The notes beneath the pieces were generated by a model. It was not told the origin of the DNA and ran no database searches. It was given only the letters and a program-made list of their open reading frames with translations. From positions 1-36,894 of the forward strand of contig JASHTP010000250.1 of NCBI GenBank assembly GCA_030040495.1: a DNA stretch of 36,894 nt. The letters are read 5' to 3'. The position numbers and the translations under genes were made by a program. The stretch comes from Alphaproteobacteria bacterium (GTDB lineage: Bacteria > Pseudomonadota > Alphaproteobacteria > ATCC43930 > CGMCC-115725). Shown in pieces: positions 24,994-33,264 of this stretch (position 1 is its first letter; each line of letters opens with the position of its first letter).

Positions 24994-25019
24994 GGACGGC
25001 GGCAGAACGGCCGCCGTCC
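24994..25019 (+). other. Perfect 10-bp GC hairpin in the 5' region of the hydrolase gene
   Basis: GGACGGCGGC-AGAACG-GCCGCCGTCC, 22 nt upstream of ATG 25042, with no U-tract. It is followed by CCTCC-T-GGAGG, an anti-SD next to the SD. Confidence 0.4.
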
Positions 25020-25041
25020 TGAGCCTCCTGGAGGTCGTGCC

Positions 25042-26205
25042 ATGACATCGATCCTGCATGTCGGCTGGAGCGACGCTCTTCATCCCGACCCGAGTCTCAA
25101 CTTCCAGCTCAATCGATGGACCGCCTATGGCGGTGCCCGCTGGTTCGAGGATGTTCGTCCCGTCGTGCCGAAGCTGACCTCCTATGACGCCTGGAAAGAG
25201 ATTTTCGTCGCCCTCGGCGAGCAGGCTCTCGCCGACGGTCGCCCGTTCCATGCCGCGCTGCATTTCCGCAGCGCCGAGTTCTTCATGACGGTCGACGACT
25301 CGCGCAAGCGGCCACTCCGCGCGCGCCTGCTCCCGCTGCTGCGCGCGGAGTCCGGCGTCCCGGAGACCGCCCGCCGCTGGGTCCCCTTCGAGGGCGCGCG
25401 GCTCCCGGCCTGGCATCTCGTGCCGCCACGCTCGAAGGGGACGTTCGTCGTCTTCGGCGGGTTCGATTCCTACATCGAGGAATTCTTCCCGTTCCTCACC
25501 CGGATGCGCGACGACGGCTGGACCATCGTCGCCTTCGAAGGGCCCGGCCAGGGGACGGCGCTCGAAGAATCGAAGACCGTGCTGACCCCCGACTGGCACC
25601 GCCCGGTCGCCGCAATCCTCGACGCGTTCGGCCTCGACGACGTCACGCTCGTCGGCATCTCGCTCGGCGGCTGTCTGGTCATGCGGGCCGCGGCCTTCGA
25701 GCCGCGCGTCCGCCGCGTCATCGCGTGGGACATCCTGACGGACCTCTACGCCTGCTTCACCTTGACTTTGCCGCCCGCGCTGCGGAGCCTCGCCGACAAC
25801 GCCACGAACGCCGACGCCGCGGGCAAGCTCGATCTCGCGATCCGCGATGCCCAGACGCGGAGCCCCTTGCTCGACTGGGTGATGAAACAGGCGTATCACG
25901 TCCTCGGCTGCAAGAGTCCGAGCGAGGTGTTCGCCCGGGCGCGCAACTTCCATACGCGCGACGTCTCGCAGGGCGTGCAGCAGGACGTTCTCCTGATGGC
26001 GGGCGCGCAGGACCATTACGTGCCGCTGGATCAGCTCTTCGAGCAGGCGCGGATGCTGCCCGCCGCCCGCTCGACCACGATGCGCATCTTCACCAAGGAA
26101 GAGTACGCGCAGATGCACTGCCAGCTCGGCAACTTCCCGCTGGCCCTCGACCTCATGGAAAGCTGGGCCGAGGAGCGCACCCGCCCGCCGCGCGCCGTGG
26201 GATAG
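25042..26205 (+). CDS. Alpha/beta-fold hydrolase (387 aa) with an N-terminal helical extension
   Basis: Uses the internal ATG at 25042 with SD GGAGG upstream. Nucleophile elbow GISLGG, FGGFDSYIEEF, and a C-terminal QDHYVP region carrying a candidate His. Confidence 0.85.
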   Translation: MTSILHVGWSDALHPDPSLNFQLNRWTAYGGARWFEDVRPVVPKLTSYDAWKEIFVALGEQALADGRPFHAALHFRSAEFFMTVDDSRKRPLRARLLPLLRAESGVPETARRWVPFEGARLPAWHLVPPRSKGTFVVFGGFDSYIEEFFPFLTRMRDDGWTIVAFEGPGQGTALEESKTVLTPDWHRPVAAILDAFGLDDVTLVGISLGGCLVMRAAAFEPRVRRVIAWDILTDLYACFTLTLPPALRSLADNATNADAAGKLDLAIRDAQTRSPLLDWVMKQAYHVLGCKSPSEVFARARNFHTRDVSQGVQQDVLLMAGAQDHYVPLDQLFEQARMLPAARSTTMRIFTKEEYAQMHCQLGNFPLALDLMESWAEERTRPPRAVG

Positions 26206-26264
26206 CGGCCGGGCTTTCCTCTCCGGAGACGCGGCCGGCTTTTATCGGCTTATCAGTACGAACT

Positions 26265-27035
26265 CTAGCCCAAGGTCGCTTCGACCAGTTGCCATAGCGC
26301 CTCCGGCGCCTCGACATGCGGGTTGTGGCCGAGCCCGGGCAGGAGCACCGCGCCGGGATCGAAACGGCGCATCGCGTCGAGCGTCACCATCGGGTCGCGC
26401 TCGCCCGCGGCGAGCCGCAGCGGCGCGCGCATGGCGGCAATCACGCTCTCGATCGGCACGCCGACGACGGCGTTGACGCCGGGATCGGCGGCGAGGCGGA
26501 AGCCGCCCGCCTCTTCGACGATGCCGACGGCCGCCGCCGGCGAGTCCGGCGTGACCAGCCCCTTGAGGCCGGCGACGCGGAGATGGCGCTCGATCGCCTC
26601 CTCCCGCGTCGCGAAGCGCCGCACCGGCGCGCGCGCCAGCTCCCGCGCCCTCGCCGTCTCCTCCGCCGTCCAGGCGAGCTTGACGCCGAAGGCGACGACC
26701 CGGCGCACGACGACGCCGAACCACTGGCTGGCGAGCGCCATGGCGACGGCGCCGCCCATGGAGTGGCCGAGCGCCACAACCTCGTCGCCCTGCTCGAAGA
26801 GCCCCGCCACGTCGGCGGCATGCGCGCCGAAGCTGTAGGGCGCTCGATGCGCCGACCGGCCGTGGCCGCGCAGATCGGGAGCGAGCCAGCGCCCTTTCCA
26901 GCGCGCGGCGACGAGCGGGCGCAGCCCGTCCCACACCGCGGCGTTGGCGCCGAGCCCGTGCAGCAGCAGCAGCGCCGGACCGCCGCTGCCGCCGCTTTCG
27001 ACCCACAAACCCGGTCCCGGCGCCGGCCATGCCAT
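26265..27035 (-). CDS. Alpha/beta-fold hydrolase (256 aa)
   Basis: Uses the internal ATG at 27035. Contains LLLLHGLGAN, the nucleophile elbow GHSMGG, and a C-terminal GLGHNPHVE His motif. The longer track ORF (to 27329) would overlap the divergent binding-protein gene. Confidence 0.85.
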   Translation of the reverse strand: MAWPAPGPGLWVESGGSGGPALLLLHGLGANAAVWDGLRPLVAARWKGRWLAPDLRGHGRSAHRAPYSFGAHAADVAGLFEQGDEVVALGHSMGGAVAMALASQWFGVVVRRVVAFGVKLAWTAEETARARELARAPVRRFATREEAIERHLRVAGLKGLVTPDSPAAAVGIVEEAGGFRLAADPGVNAVVGVPIESVIAAMRAPLRLAAGERDPMVTLDAMRRFDPGAVLLPGLGHNPHVEAPEALWQLVEATLG

Positions 27036-27162
27036 GCGCGACGGTAGGCGCGCCTCCTCCCGCCGGTCAATCGCCGCGGCGCGATAGGCGCATCGCGGCG
27101 TCTCGGTGTAGACTGGCCGCCGATCGCCGCGCCGTGACGACGGTTCGGCGCGGGAGGGGAGA

Positions 27163-28296
27163 ATGGGGGACACCGGGGCGCTCGGGCGGCGCCGTCTGCT
27201 GAAGGCCGGCGCGGCGAGCCTGGCGCTGGTCGCCACCCCACGCGCGCTCGGCATCGCCGCAACGGCCAACATTCCGGACAAGATCGTCATCGGCACGCTG
27301 CCCTTCAGCACCGAGGTCACCGCCTTCATCGGCGATGTCGACTATTTCAAGGAGCAGGGGCTTTCGGTCGAGCTGTTCCACGGCCAGGGCGGGCCGGCGG
27401 TGGTGCAGGCGCTGGTCGCCGGCAGCATCCCGCTGGGCGATGTCGGCGTCGGTCCGGCCCTGGTCGCCGCGGCGCGCGGCCTGCCGCTGCTGCAGCCTGC
27501 GCTCGGCGCCGTCGGCACGCCGAAGCAGCCCTTCAGCCGCATCATGGTGAAGGGCGGCTCGCCGATCGTCGAGGTGGCGCAGCTCCGCGGCAGGAAGCTG
27601 GCGCTGCACCAGCGCGGCACGATGGAGGATATCGGCCTCGCCGCGCTCAAGAAGACGCACGGCATCGGCCGCGAGGATCTCGAGATCGTGCTCGTGCCGG
27701 CGCCCGCCCAGCCGCAAGCGCTGGCGCAAGGGCTGGTCGACGCCATCTATGCGCTGCCGCCCGCCGACACCGTGGCCGAGCGACGCTTCGAGGCGCGCAC
27801 GCTGATCAACACCGCCGACTTCATTCCCTATATCGGCTACGGCACGCTCGCCATGCGCCGCGACTTCGTCGAGACCTATCCTGATGCGGCCAAGAAGGTG
27901 ATGAAGGCCTGGCTCGGCTTCTGCCGCTGGATCGACGACAATGCCGAGGCGGCGCGCAAGGTGAGCGACGCCAATCTCAACATCGACGCGGATCTGCGCG
28001 AGCATGTGCGGATTCCCTATTTCGTCCGCAACGGCCTGCCGGTGATGCCCAATGTCTGGCACGTCTACGAGATGCTGGTGGCCGGCAAGGTGATGGACGC
28101 GGCGAGCGATCCGGGCAAGCTCCTCGACGAGGCGGTGATCGAGCCGACCAAGCGCATCACGCTGCCGGCGCTCGACGAGCTCGGCTGGAGCAAGGACGCG
28201 GCGGTGCAGGACATGCTGCGCGCCGCCTATCCGCTGCTGCCCAAGCCGCCCGAGGCCTACTACGCCGAGTGGGAAATGAAGCTGCTGGCGATGTAG
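27163..28296 (+). CDS. NMT1/SsuA-like (NitT/TauT family) substrate-binding protein with a Tat-type signal; orphan, with no adjacent permease or ATPase
   Basis: SD GGGAGGGGAG upstream. Starts MGDTGALGRRRLLKAGAASLALVA. 377 aa. Confidence 0.85.
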   Translation: MGDTGALGRRRLLKAGAASLALVATPRALGIAATANIPDKIVIGTLPFSTEVTAFIGDVDYFKEQGLSVELFHGQGGPAVVQALVAGSIPLGDVGVGPALVAAARGLPLLQPALGAVGTPKQPFSRIMVKGGSPIVEVAQLRGRKLALHQRGTMEDIGLAALKKTHGIGREDLEIVLVPAPAQPQALAQGLVDAIYALPPADTVAERRFEARTLINTADFIPYIGYGTLAMRRDFVETYPDAAKKVMKAWLGFCRWIDDNAEAARKVSDANLNIDADLREHVRIPYFVRNGLPVMPNVWHVYEMLVAGKVMDAASDPGKLLDEAVIEPTKRITLPALDELGWSKDAAVQDMLRAAYPLLPKPPEAYYAEWEMKLLAM

Positions 28297-28369
28297 CCGG
28301 GCGCGGCGGGCGTGACGCGGTTCGCGCCCGGTGGTAGCCTGGGCGCCAAGATACGAGGGAGGAGCGGCG

Positions 28370-29806
28370 ATGTCGGGTTTCGAGGGCTTCCCGGGCCGCG
28401 ACGTCCGCGCCCGGCTCGATCATCCCGTGATCGACGCCGACGCGCATGTCGTCGAATGCGACTTCGCCCATATGGATTTCGTGCGCGAGATCGCCGGCGA
28501 GGACGTCGCCAAGACGGTAATCGCGACGCGCGCCCATCACGGCCCCACCGTGCGCGGCTTCTGGTGGGGGCTGCCCTCGGGCGCCCACACCGGCGACCGC
28601 GCCATGGCGCAGCTGCCGCGCTATTTCCGCTCGCGCCTGGACGAGCTCGGCATCGACTTCGCGCATTGCTACACGACGCGCGGCCTGAGCCACGTCTATC
28701 TGCCCGACGAGGCGGCGCGGCGCGCCAGCTGCCGCGCGCTCAACATGCTCTATGCCGAGATGTTCGCCGAGGTGCGCGACCGGCTCAGGCCGGCGGCGGT
28801 GATCCCGACCTATACGCCGCAGGAGGCGATCGAGGAGCTCGAGTTCGCCGTGACCGAGCTCGGCCACAAGGCAGTGATGATCGGTACCGAGCTGCGCGGG
28901 CCGGGCCGGGCGGCGACCGGCAAGGACCCCTTCCTGCAGCCGACGCAGTCGACGCGCTCGATCGTGATGGATTCGCCGCACGACTACGATCCCTTCTGGC
29001 GCCGCTGCATCGAGCTCAAGGTGACGCCGGTCTGCCACACCTCCTCGCGCGGCATCGGCTACCGCGCCTCGCCGAGCAACTATGTCTTCAACCATCTCGG
29101 CGATTTTGCCGGCGGCGCCGAGTTCTTCTGCCGCTCGCTGATCTTCAGCGGGGTGACGCGGCGCTTCCCGCAGCTCAGCTTCGGCTTCCTCGAGGGCGGG
29201 GTCGGCTGGGCGGTCACGCTCCTCAACGACATCGTCGAGCACTGGGAGAAGCGCAACGTCGAGGCGATGGCCAAGAACCTCGACCCCGCGCTGCTCGACC
29301 TCGACCTCCTGGAGCGGCTCTTCCGCGACTTCGGCAGCCCGCGCCTCTCGCCCGAGCGCATCCGCGCCAATCCGCACGGCAACTTCATGATCGAACGGCC
29401 CGACCGCTTCGACGAGTTCGTCGCCTGCGCCTTGACCGAGCTGCGCCAGCTGCGCCAGCTCTTCGTCGAGCCGTTCTATTTCGGCTGCGAGGCCGACGAC
29501 CGCATGGTGTCGATCGCCTTCAACCGCCGGCTCAATCCCCTGGGCGCGACCTTGAAGCCGGTCTTCGGCTCCGACATCGGCCATTGGGACGTGCTCGATG
29601 CCACCAGCATCCTCACCGAGGCGTGGAGCCTGGTGAACGCCAAGCTGCTGACGCCGGAGAATTTCCGCGAGCTCACCTTCGTCAATCCCGCGATGATGCA
29701 CCTCTCCATGAACCCCGACTATTTCCGCGGCACCGTCGTCGAGGATGCCGCCGCGGCGCTGCTGCGCAGCATGCCGCGGGCGCAGGCGACGGAGGCGGCG
29801 GAATAG
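28370..29806 (+). CDS. Amidohydrolase-2 (PF04909-like, ACMSD-type metal-dependent hydrolase/decarboxylase) family protein
   Basis: ATG at 28370 with SD GAGGGAGGAG. N-terminal metal motif VIDADAH, C-terminal GSDIGHWD and internal CHTS. 478 aa. Confidence 0.85.
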   Translation: MSGFEGFPGRDVRARLDHPVIDADAHVVECDFAHMDFVREIAGEDVAKTVIATRAHHGPTVRGFWWGLPSGAHTGDRAMAQLPRYFRSRLDELGIDFAHCYTTRGLSHVYLPDEAARRASCRALNMLYAEMFAEVRDRLRPAAVIPTYTPQEAIEELEFAVTELGHKAVMIGTELRGPGRAATGKDPFLQPTQSTRSIVMDSPHDYDPFWRRCIELKVTPVCHTSSRGIGYRASPSNYVFNHLGDFAGGAEFFCRSLIFSGVTRRFPQLSFGFLEGGVGWAVTLLNDIVEHWEKRNVEAMAKNLDPALLDLDLLERLFRDFGSPRLSPERIRANPHGNFMIERPDRFDEFVACALTELRQLRQLFVEPFYFGCEADDRMVSIAFNRRLNPLGATLKPVFGSDIGHWDVLDATSILTEAWSLVNAKLLTPENFRELTFVNPAMMHLSMNPDYFRGTVVEDAAAALLRSMPRAQATEAAE

Positions 29807-29817
29807 GGGCGCCGGCG

Positions 29818-30978
29818 ATGAAGCGACACCAACGCGCCGTCGCGGCCGATTATGGCCCGGAAGAAACGGCGATGCAGGCCTATCTGCGCAAGGGCGAGCG
29901 GCGCGCCTACGCGCTCGGCAATCGCGGCCCCATCCGGCTTACGCCGGAGGGCGCGGTGCATCCGGACATTCTCGACGCCTATTGGCGCTGCGGCTTCTAT
30001 GTCTTCGAAGGCGTGCTCGGGCGCGAGGAGCTGGCGGACATCGAGGCCGACCTCTTCGACATCCTCGATCGCCTGCCGACCGGGCGCGGCTCCGCGGTCG
30101 ACGCCAAAGGCCGTCCGGCGCTCGGCTCCGACCGCGCGGCGCCGACGCTGTTCTGGTCGAAGCCCCTGGGCGACCCGTTCGGCGGCACCAGCCTCGCCAA
30201 CGGACGGCACCCGGTGAAGATGTTCGAGCCGAAGCCGGCTTCGGACGCGCCGAAGGAGATCGTCTATCTGATCCTGGGGTCGCTGCAATTCTCGGATGCC
30301 GCCCTGCGCGTCTACGGCCACCCGCAGCTCCTGGCCGTCGCCGCTTCGGTCAATGGCGACGATTTCGTGCCGTTCAACGAGGCGCTGTTCATCAAGGAAC
30401 CGGGCCTCGGCGCCTCGGTCGCCTGGCATCGGGACGGTGTGACGCATTGGGAGAGCCCCGACTGGGACGAAGGCTCGCACGGCTTCAACTTCATGGCGCA
30501 GCTCTATGGCTGCACCCCCGCCAACGGCGTCTGGGTCGTGCCGGGCTCGCACAAGCGCCGGAAGATCGACATCAAGGCGATGGTGGCGGAGGCCGGCACC
30601 GAGCGGCTTCCCGACGCGGTGCCGATCATCTGCAAGCCGGGCGACGTCGCGATCACCAACCGGCAGGCGGTGCACGGCTCATTCGCCAACACGAGCCGCG
30701 ACTGGCGGGTCACGGTGAATTTCGGCTTCCACCGCCGCCGGTCGGTGCTTGGGGTCAAAGGCGGCGGCGTTCACAATGCGCCGGCGGTCTACGACGCGGA
30801 GCGCATCCGCCAGCGCGCGCGCCTCGTCGGCTATGCCATCGACGCGCGCCGGCGGCGCTTCCCCGACGAGGCGCCTTTCGTCTATCGGCCGCACGCCGCC
30901 GCGGGCGAGACCTGGCGCTGGGACGCGCAGGCTAAGGCGGGAATCAAGGACTACAACCTGCTCGATCTCAGCATCTGA
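29818..30978 (+). CDS. Phytanoyl-CoA dioxygenase (PhyH) family Fe(II)/2-oxoglutarate-dependent oxygenase
   Basis: Uses the internal ATG at 29818 of track ORF 28312..30978, 11 nt after the amidohydrolase stop. H-x-D in AWHRDG, a distal His in RQAVHGSF, and Arg in SRDWR. 386 aa. Confidence 0.85.
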   Translation: MKRHQRAVAADYGPEETAMQAYLRKGERRAYALGNRGPIRLTPEGAVHPDILDAYWRCGFYVFEGVLGREELADIEADLFDILDRLPTGRGSAVDAKGRPALGSDRAAPTLFWSKPLGDPFGGTSLANGRHPVKMFEPKPASDAPKEIVYLILGSLQFSDAALRVYGHPQLLAVAASVNGDDFVPFNEALFIKEPGLGASVAWHRDGVTHWESPDWDEGSHGFNFMAQLYGCTPANGVWVVPGSHKRRKIDIKAMVAEAGTERLPDAVPIICKPGDVAITNRQAVHGSFANTSRDWRVTVNFGFHRRRSVLGVKGGGVHNAPAVYDAERIRQRARLVGYAIDARRRRFPDEAPFVYRPHAAAGETWRWDAQAKAGIKDYNLLDLSI

Positions 30979-31084
30979 GCGCGCTGGGCCGTTCGGTGCG
31001 CGGCGCCGCACTGTGGCATAATGCGGCGCTTCCCAGCTCGACCGGGATCCGGCAGGGACGCAAGGACCTCGCGAGGCGACGCCG

Positions 31085-32014
31085 TTGACCGACAAGGACG
31101 CTGCCTCCATCGAATTGACCGCCGTCATCGTCGCGGTGACCGGCGACGAGCCGCGCGTCCTCACCATTCGCGGCGGCGGCGCGCTGCCCACCGGCGTGTT
31201 CGAATCGGGCCACCGGTCGCTTCAAACGGGCCTCAGATCGTGGGTCGAGCGCCAGACCCATCATCCCTTGGGCTATATCGAGCAGCTCTACACCTTCGCC
31301 GATCGCGACCGCATGGAGGGCGGCGCCGGCGGGCGCGTCATCTCGATCAGCTATCTCGGCCTGACCCGAGAGGGCCGCGCATCGGGAGAGCACGTGCCGG
31401 CCTGGGAGAGCTGGTATCGCTACTTTCCCTGGGAGGATTGGCGCAGCGGACCGTCGAGGTTGGTGGCGCGGGTTATCCTGCCGCGCTTGCGGCGCTGGGC
31501 GGCCGAGGCGACCGACGCCGCGACGCGACGCGACCGTGCCCGCCGCATCCGCGCCACCTTCGGAACGAGCGAAGAGACCTGGAACGAGGAGCTCGTGCTG
31601 CAGCGCTACGAGCTGCTCTACGAGGCCGGCCTCGTGCCCGAAGCAGCGCGGAGCGGCCCGAGGGCGGAGCCGGAGCTGCTCGGCCGGCGCATGGCCCACG
31701 ACCATCGCCGCATCCTCGCCACCGGCGTCGCCCGGCTCAGGGCCAAGATCAAATACCGCCCGGTCGTCTTCGAGCTGATGCCGCCGAGCTTCACCCTGCT
31801 GCAGCTCCAGCGCGCGGTCGAGGCGCTGGCCGGGCGCCGGCTGCACAAGCAGAACTTCCGCCGCCTCATCGACCAGCAGGGGCTGGTGGAGGAGACCGGC
31901 GAGATCGCGACCGCGACCGGCGGCCGGCCGGCCAAGCTGTTCCGCTTCCGGCGCGAGGTGCTGCTGGAGCGGGCGGTCGCCGGGACCAAGCTGCCGCTGT
32001 CCCGCTCGGCCTGA
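31085..32014 (+). CDS. nadQ: NadQ (COG4111): Nudix-like N-domain plus C-terminal winged-helix repressor of de novo NAD synthesis
   Basis: TTG start with GAGG 8 nt upstream. The N-terminal Nudix-like fold has a degenerate Nudix box (GHRSLQTGLRSWVERQT). C-terminal wHTH FTLLQLQRAVEALAGRRLHKQNFRRLIDQQGLVEETGE..GRPAKLFRF. Lies immediately upstream of nadABC, whose leader carries matching palindromes. Confidence 0.8.
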   Translation: MTDKDAASIELTAVIVAVTGDEPRVLTIRGGGALPTGVFESGHRSLQTGLRSWVERQTHHPLGYIEQLYTFADRDRMEGGAGGRVISISYLGLTREGRASGEHVPAWESWYRYFPWEDWRSGPSRLVARVILPRLRRWAAEATDAATRRDRARRIRATFGTSEETWNEELVLQRYELLYEAGLVPEAARSGPRAEPELLGRRMAHDHRRILATGVARLRAKIKYRPVVFELMPPSFTLLQLQRAVEALAGRRLHKQNFRRLIDQQGLVEETGEIATATGGRPAKLFRFRREVLLERAVAGTKLPLSRSA

Positions 32015-32162
32015 GGGGCCTGCATGACAGAGCTGCCCGTGGCGCGCGGCTGACGCGGCGGCGGCGCCGGAGACCCTCTAAGCGCCGGTCTTTGCAGCCA
32101 TTTCGCCGGCTGGCCGGAGCGCGGCGACGGGCCGGGCGGCGGTCTGGATCGGCCTTTGCCGC

Positions 32163-32193
32163 TTGACAGGCTTATGCTCAGCACTAGCATAAT
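32163..32193 (+). promoter_or_regulatory. nadA promoter (consensus -35 TTGACA) overlapped by NadQ box 1, TTATGCTCA-GCA-CTAGCATAA
   Basis: TTGACA at 32163-68. -10 candidates are TAGCAT (32185-90, 16-nt spacer) or CATAAT (32188-93). The 21-nt palindrome at 32172-32192 has arms TTATGCT/AGCATAA. Confidence 0.7.
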
Positions 32194-32200
32194 ACGTTAT

Positions 32201-32225
32201 CGGGCGGCCTGCCGCCCGGTTTATT
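32201..32225 (+). terminator. Terminator-like hairpin plus T-rich tail inside the nadA leader
   Basis: CGGGCGGC-CT-GCCGCCCG (effectively a 7-bp stem with a 4-nt loop) followed by GTTTATT. It lies between the two NadQ boxes. Confidence 0.35.
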
Positions 32226-32234
32226 CGGGCCGAG

Positions 32235-32255
32235 AAATGCTCGAACTGAGCATAA
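32235..32255 (+). promoter_or_regulatory. NadQ box 2, AAATGCTCG-AAC-TGAGCATAA
   Basis: 21-nt imperfect palindrome with the same arms as box 1. It ends 9 nt before the nadA ATG. Confidence 0.7.
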
Positions 32256-32264
32256 TGGTGGACC

Positions 32265-33254
32265 ATGGAAACGTCGCTTTCTGCCGACCTCCTTCGCCGC
32301 ACCGCGCCGCTCTACGAGCGCGTCAGGAAGGTGATCCCGCCCGTCGAATGGCCGGTCTTCGCCGGCGACATCGACGCCATCCGGACGCTGAAGCGCGAGC
32401 GCAACGCCGTCATCCTGGCGCACAACTACCAGACGCCCGAGATCTTCCACTGCGTCGCCGACATCGTCGGCGACAGCCTGGCGCTGGCGCGCGAGGCGAT
32501 GAAGGCCGAAGCCGACATCATCGTGCTGGCCGGGGTCAATTTCATGGCCGACACGGCGAAGCTGCTCAATCCGGAGAAGACCGTGCTGATCCCGGACCTC
32601 GACGCGGGCTGCTCGCTCGCCTCCTCGATCACCGCGGCGGACGTCCGGCTCCTGCGCGAGCGCTATCCCGGCGTGCCGGTGGTGAGCTACGTCAACACCT
32701 CGGCGGCGGTGAAGGCCGAGTCCGACATCTGCTGCACCTCGGCCAATGCCCGCAAGATCGTCGAATCCCTCGGCGTCGGCAAGGTCATCATGCTGCCCGA
32801 CGAGTATCTCGCCCGCAACGTCGCGGCCGAGACCGATGTCGAGATCGTCGCCTGGGCCGGTCATTGCGAGGTCCATGAGCGCTTCACCGCGGCAGAGATC
32901 CGCTCGTTCCGCGAGCAGCATCCGGGCGTGGTCGTGCTGGCCCATCCGGAGTGCCCGCCCGAGGTAGTGGCCGAGGCGGATTTCACCGGTTCGACCGCGG
33001 CGATGGCCAATTACGTCGGCGCCAAGCGGCCGGCGCGGGTCGTCCTGGTGACGGAATGCTCGATGAGCGACAACGTCGCGGTGCAGTATCCCGAGGTCGA
33101 GTTCGTGCGGCCCTGCAATCTGTGCCCGCACATGAAGCGGATCACGCTGCCAAAGATCCGCCGGGCGCTCGAGACCATGATGCACGAAGTGACGATCGAC
33201 CCCGCGATCGCCGGCCGCGCTCGGCGGGCGATCGAGCGCATGCTGGCAATCTGA
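32265..33254 (+). CDS. nadA: Quinolinate synthase NadA
   Basis: 329 aa. Contains [28 protein letters not shown], the 4Fe-4S Cys ligands (GCSLA, ICCTSAN, CSMSDN-type segments) and [11 protein letters not shown]. Confidence 0.97.
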   Translation: METSLSADLLRRTAPLYERVRKVIPPVEWPVFAGDIDAIRTLKRERNAVILAHNYQTPEIFHCVADIVGDSLALAREAMKAEADIIVLAGVNFMADTAKLLNPEKTVLIPDLDAGCSLASSITAADVRLLRERYPGVPVVSYVNTSAAVKAESDICCTSANARKIVESLGVGKVIMLPDEYLARNVAAETDVEIVAWAGHCEVHERFTAAEIRSFREQHPGVVVLAHPECPPEVVAEADFTGSTAAMANYVGAKRPARVVLVTECSMSDNVAVQYPEVEFVRPCNLCPHMKRITLPKIRRALETMMHEVTIDPAIAGRARRAIERMLAI

Positions 33255-33264
33255 GGATTTGGCC

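Noticed and set aside
23914-26118. 734-aa minus-strand ORF antisense to the GntR and hydrolase genes
   Set aside because: It is a shadow ORF that crosses an intergenic region containing a strong hairpin. It has no recognisable domains.
26206-26264. Possible bidirectional terminator between the convergent hydrolase genes (CGGCCG..CGGCCG followed by CTTTTAT)
   Set aside because: The stem is only 6 bp with an 19-nt loop, which is too weak to call from sequence alone.
28297-28331. 9-bp perfect inverted repeat CCGGGCGCG-N17-CGCGCCCGG after the orphan SBP gene, considered as an intrinsic terminator
   Set aside because: It has no U-tract and a large loop. I mention it under the cluster finding as a possible processing or attenuation element, but it is not supportable as a terminator.
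28157-29701. 514-aa minus-strand ORF antisense to the amidohydrolase gene
   Set aside because: It is a shadow ORF. The plus-strand frame carries the amidohydrolase metal motifs and a strong SD.
31005-31025. GGCATAAT upstream of nadQ as a possible NadQ autoregulatory box
   Set aside because: It is only a single half-site. The position where the partner arm should lie (CGGCGCC) does not match TTATGCT. It is more simply an extended -10 (TGGCATAAT) for nadQ.
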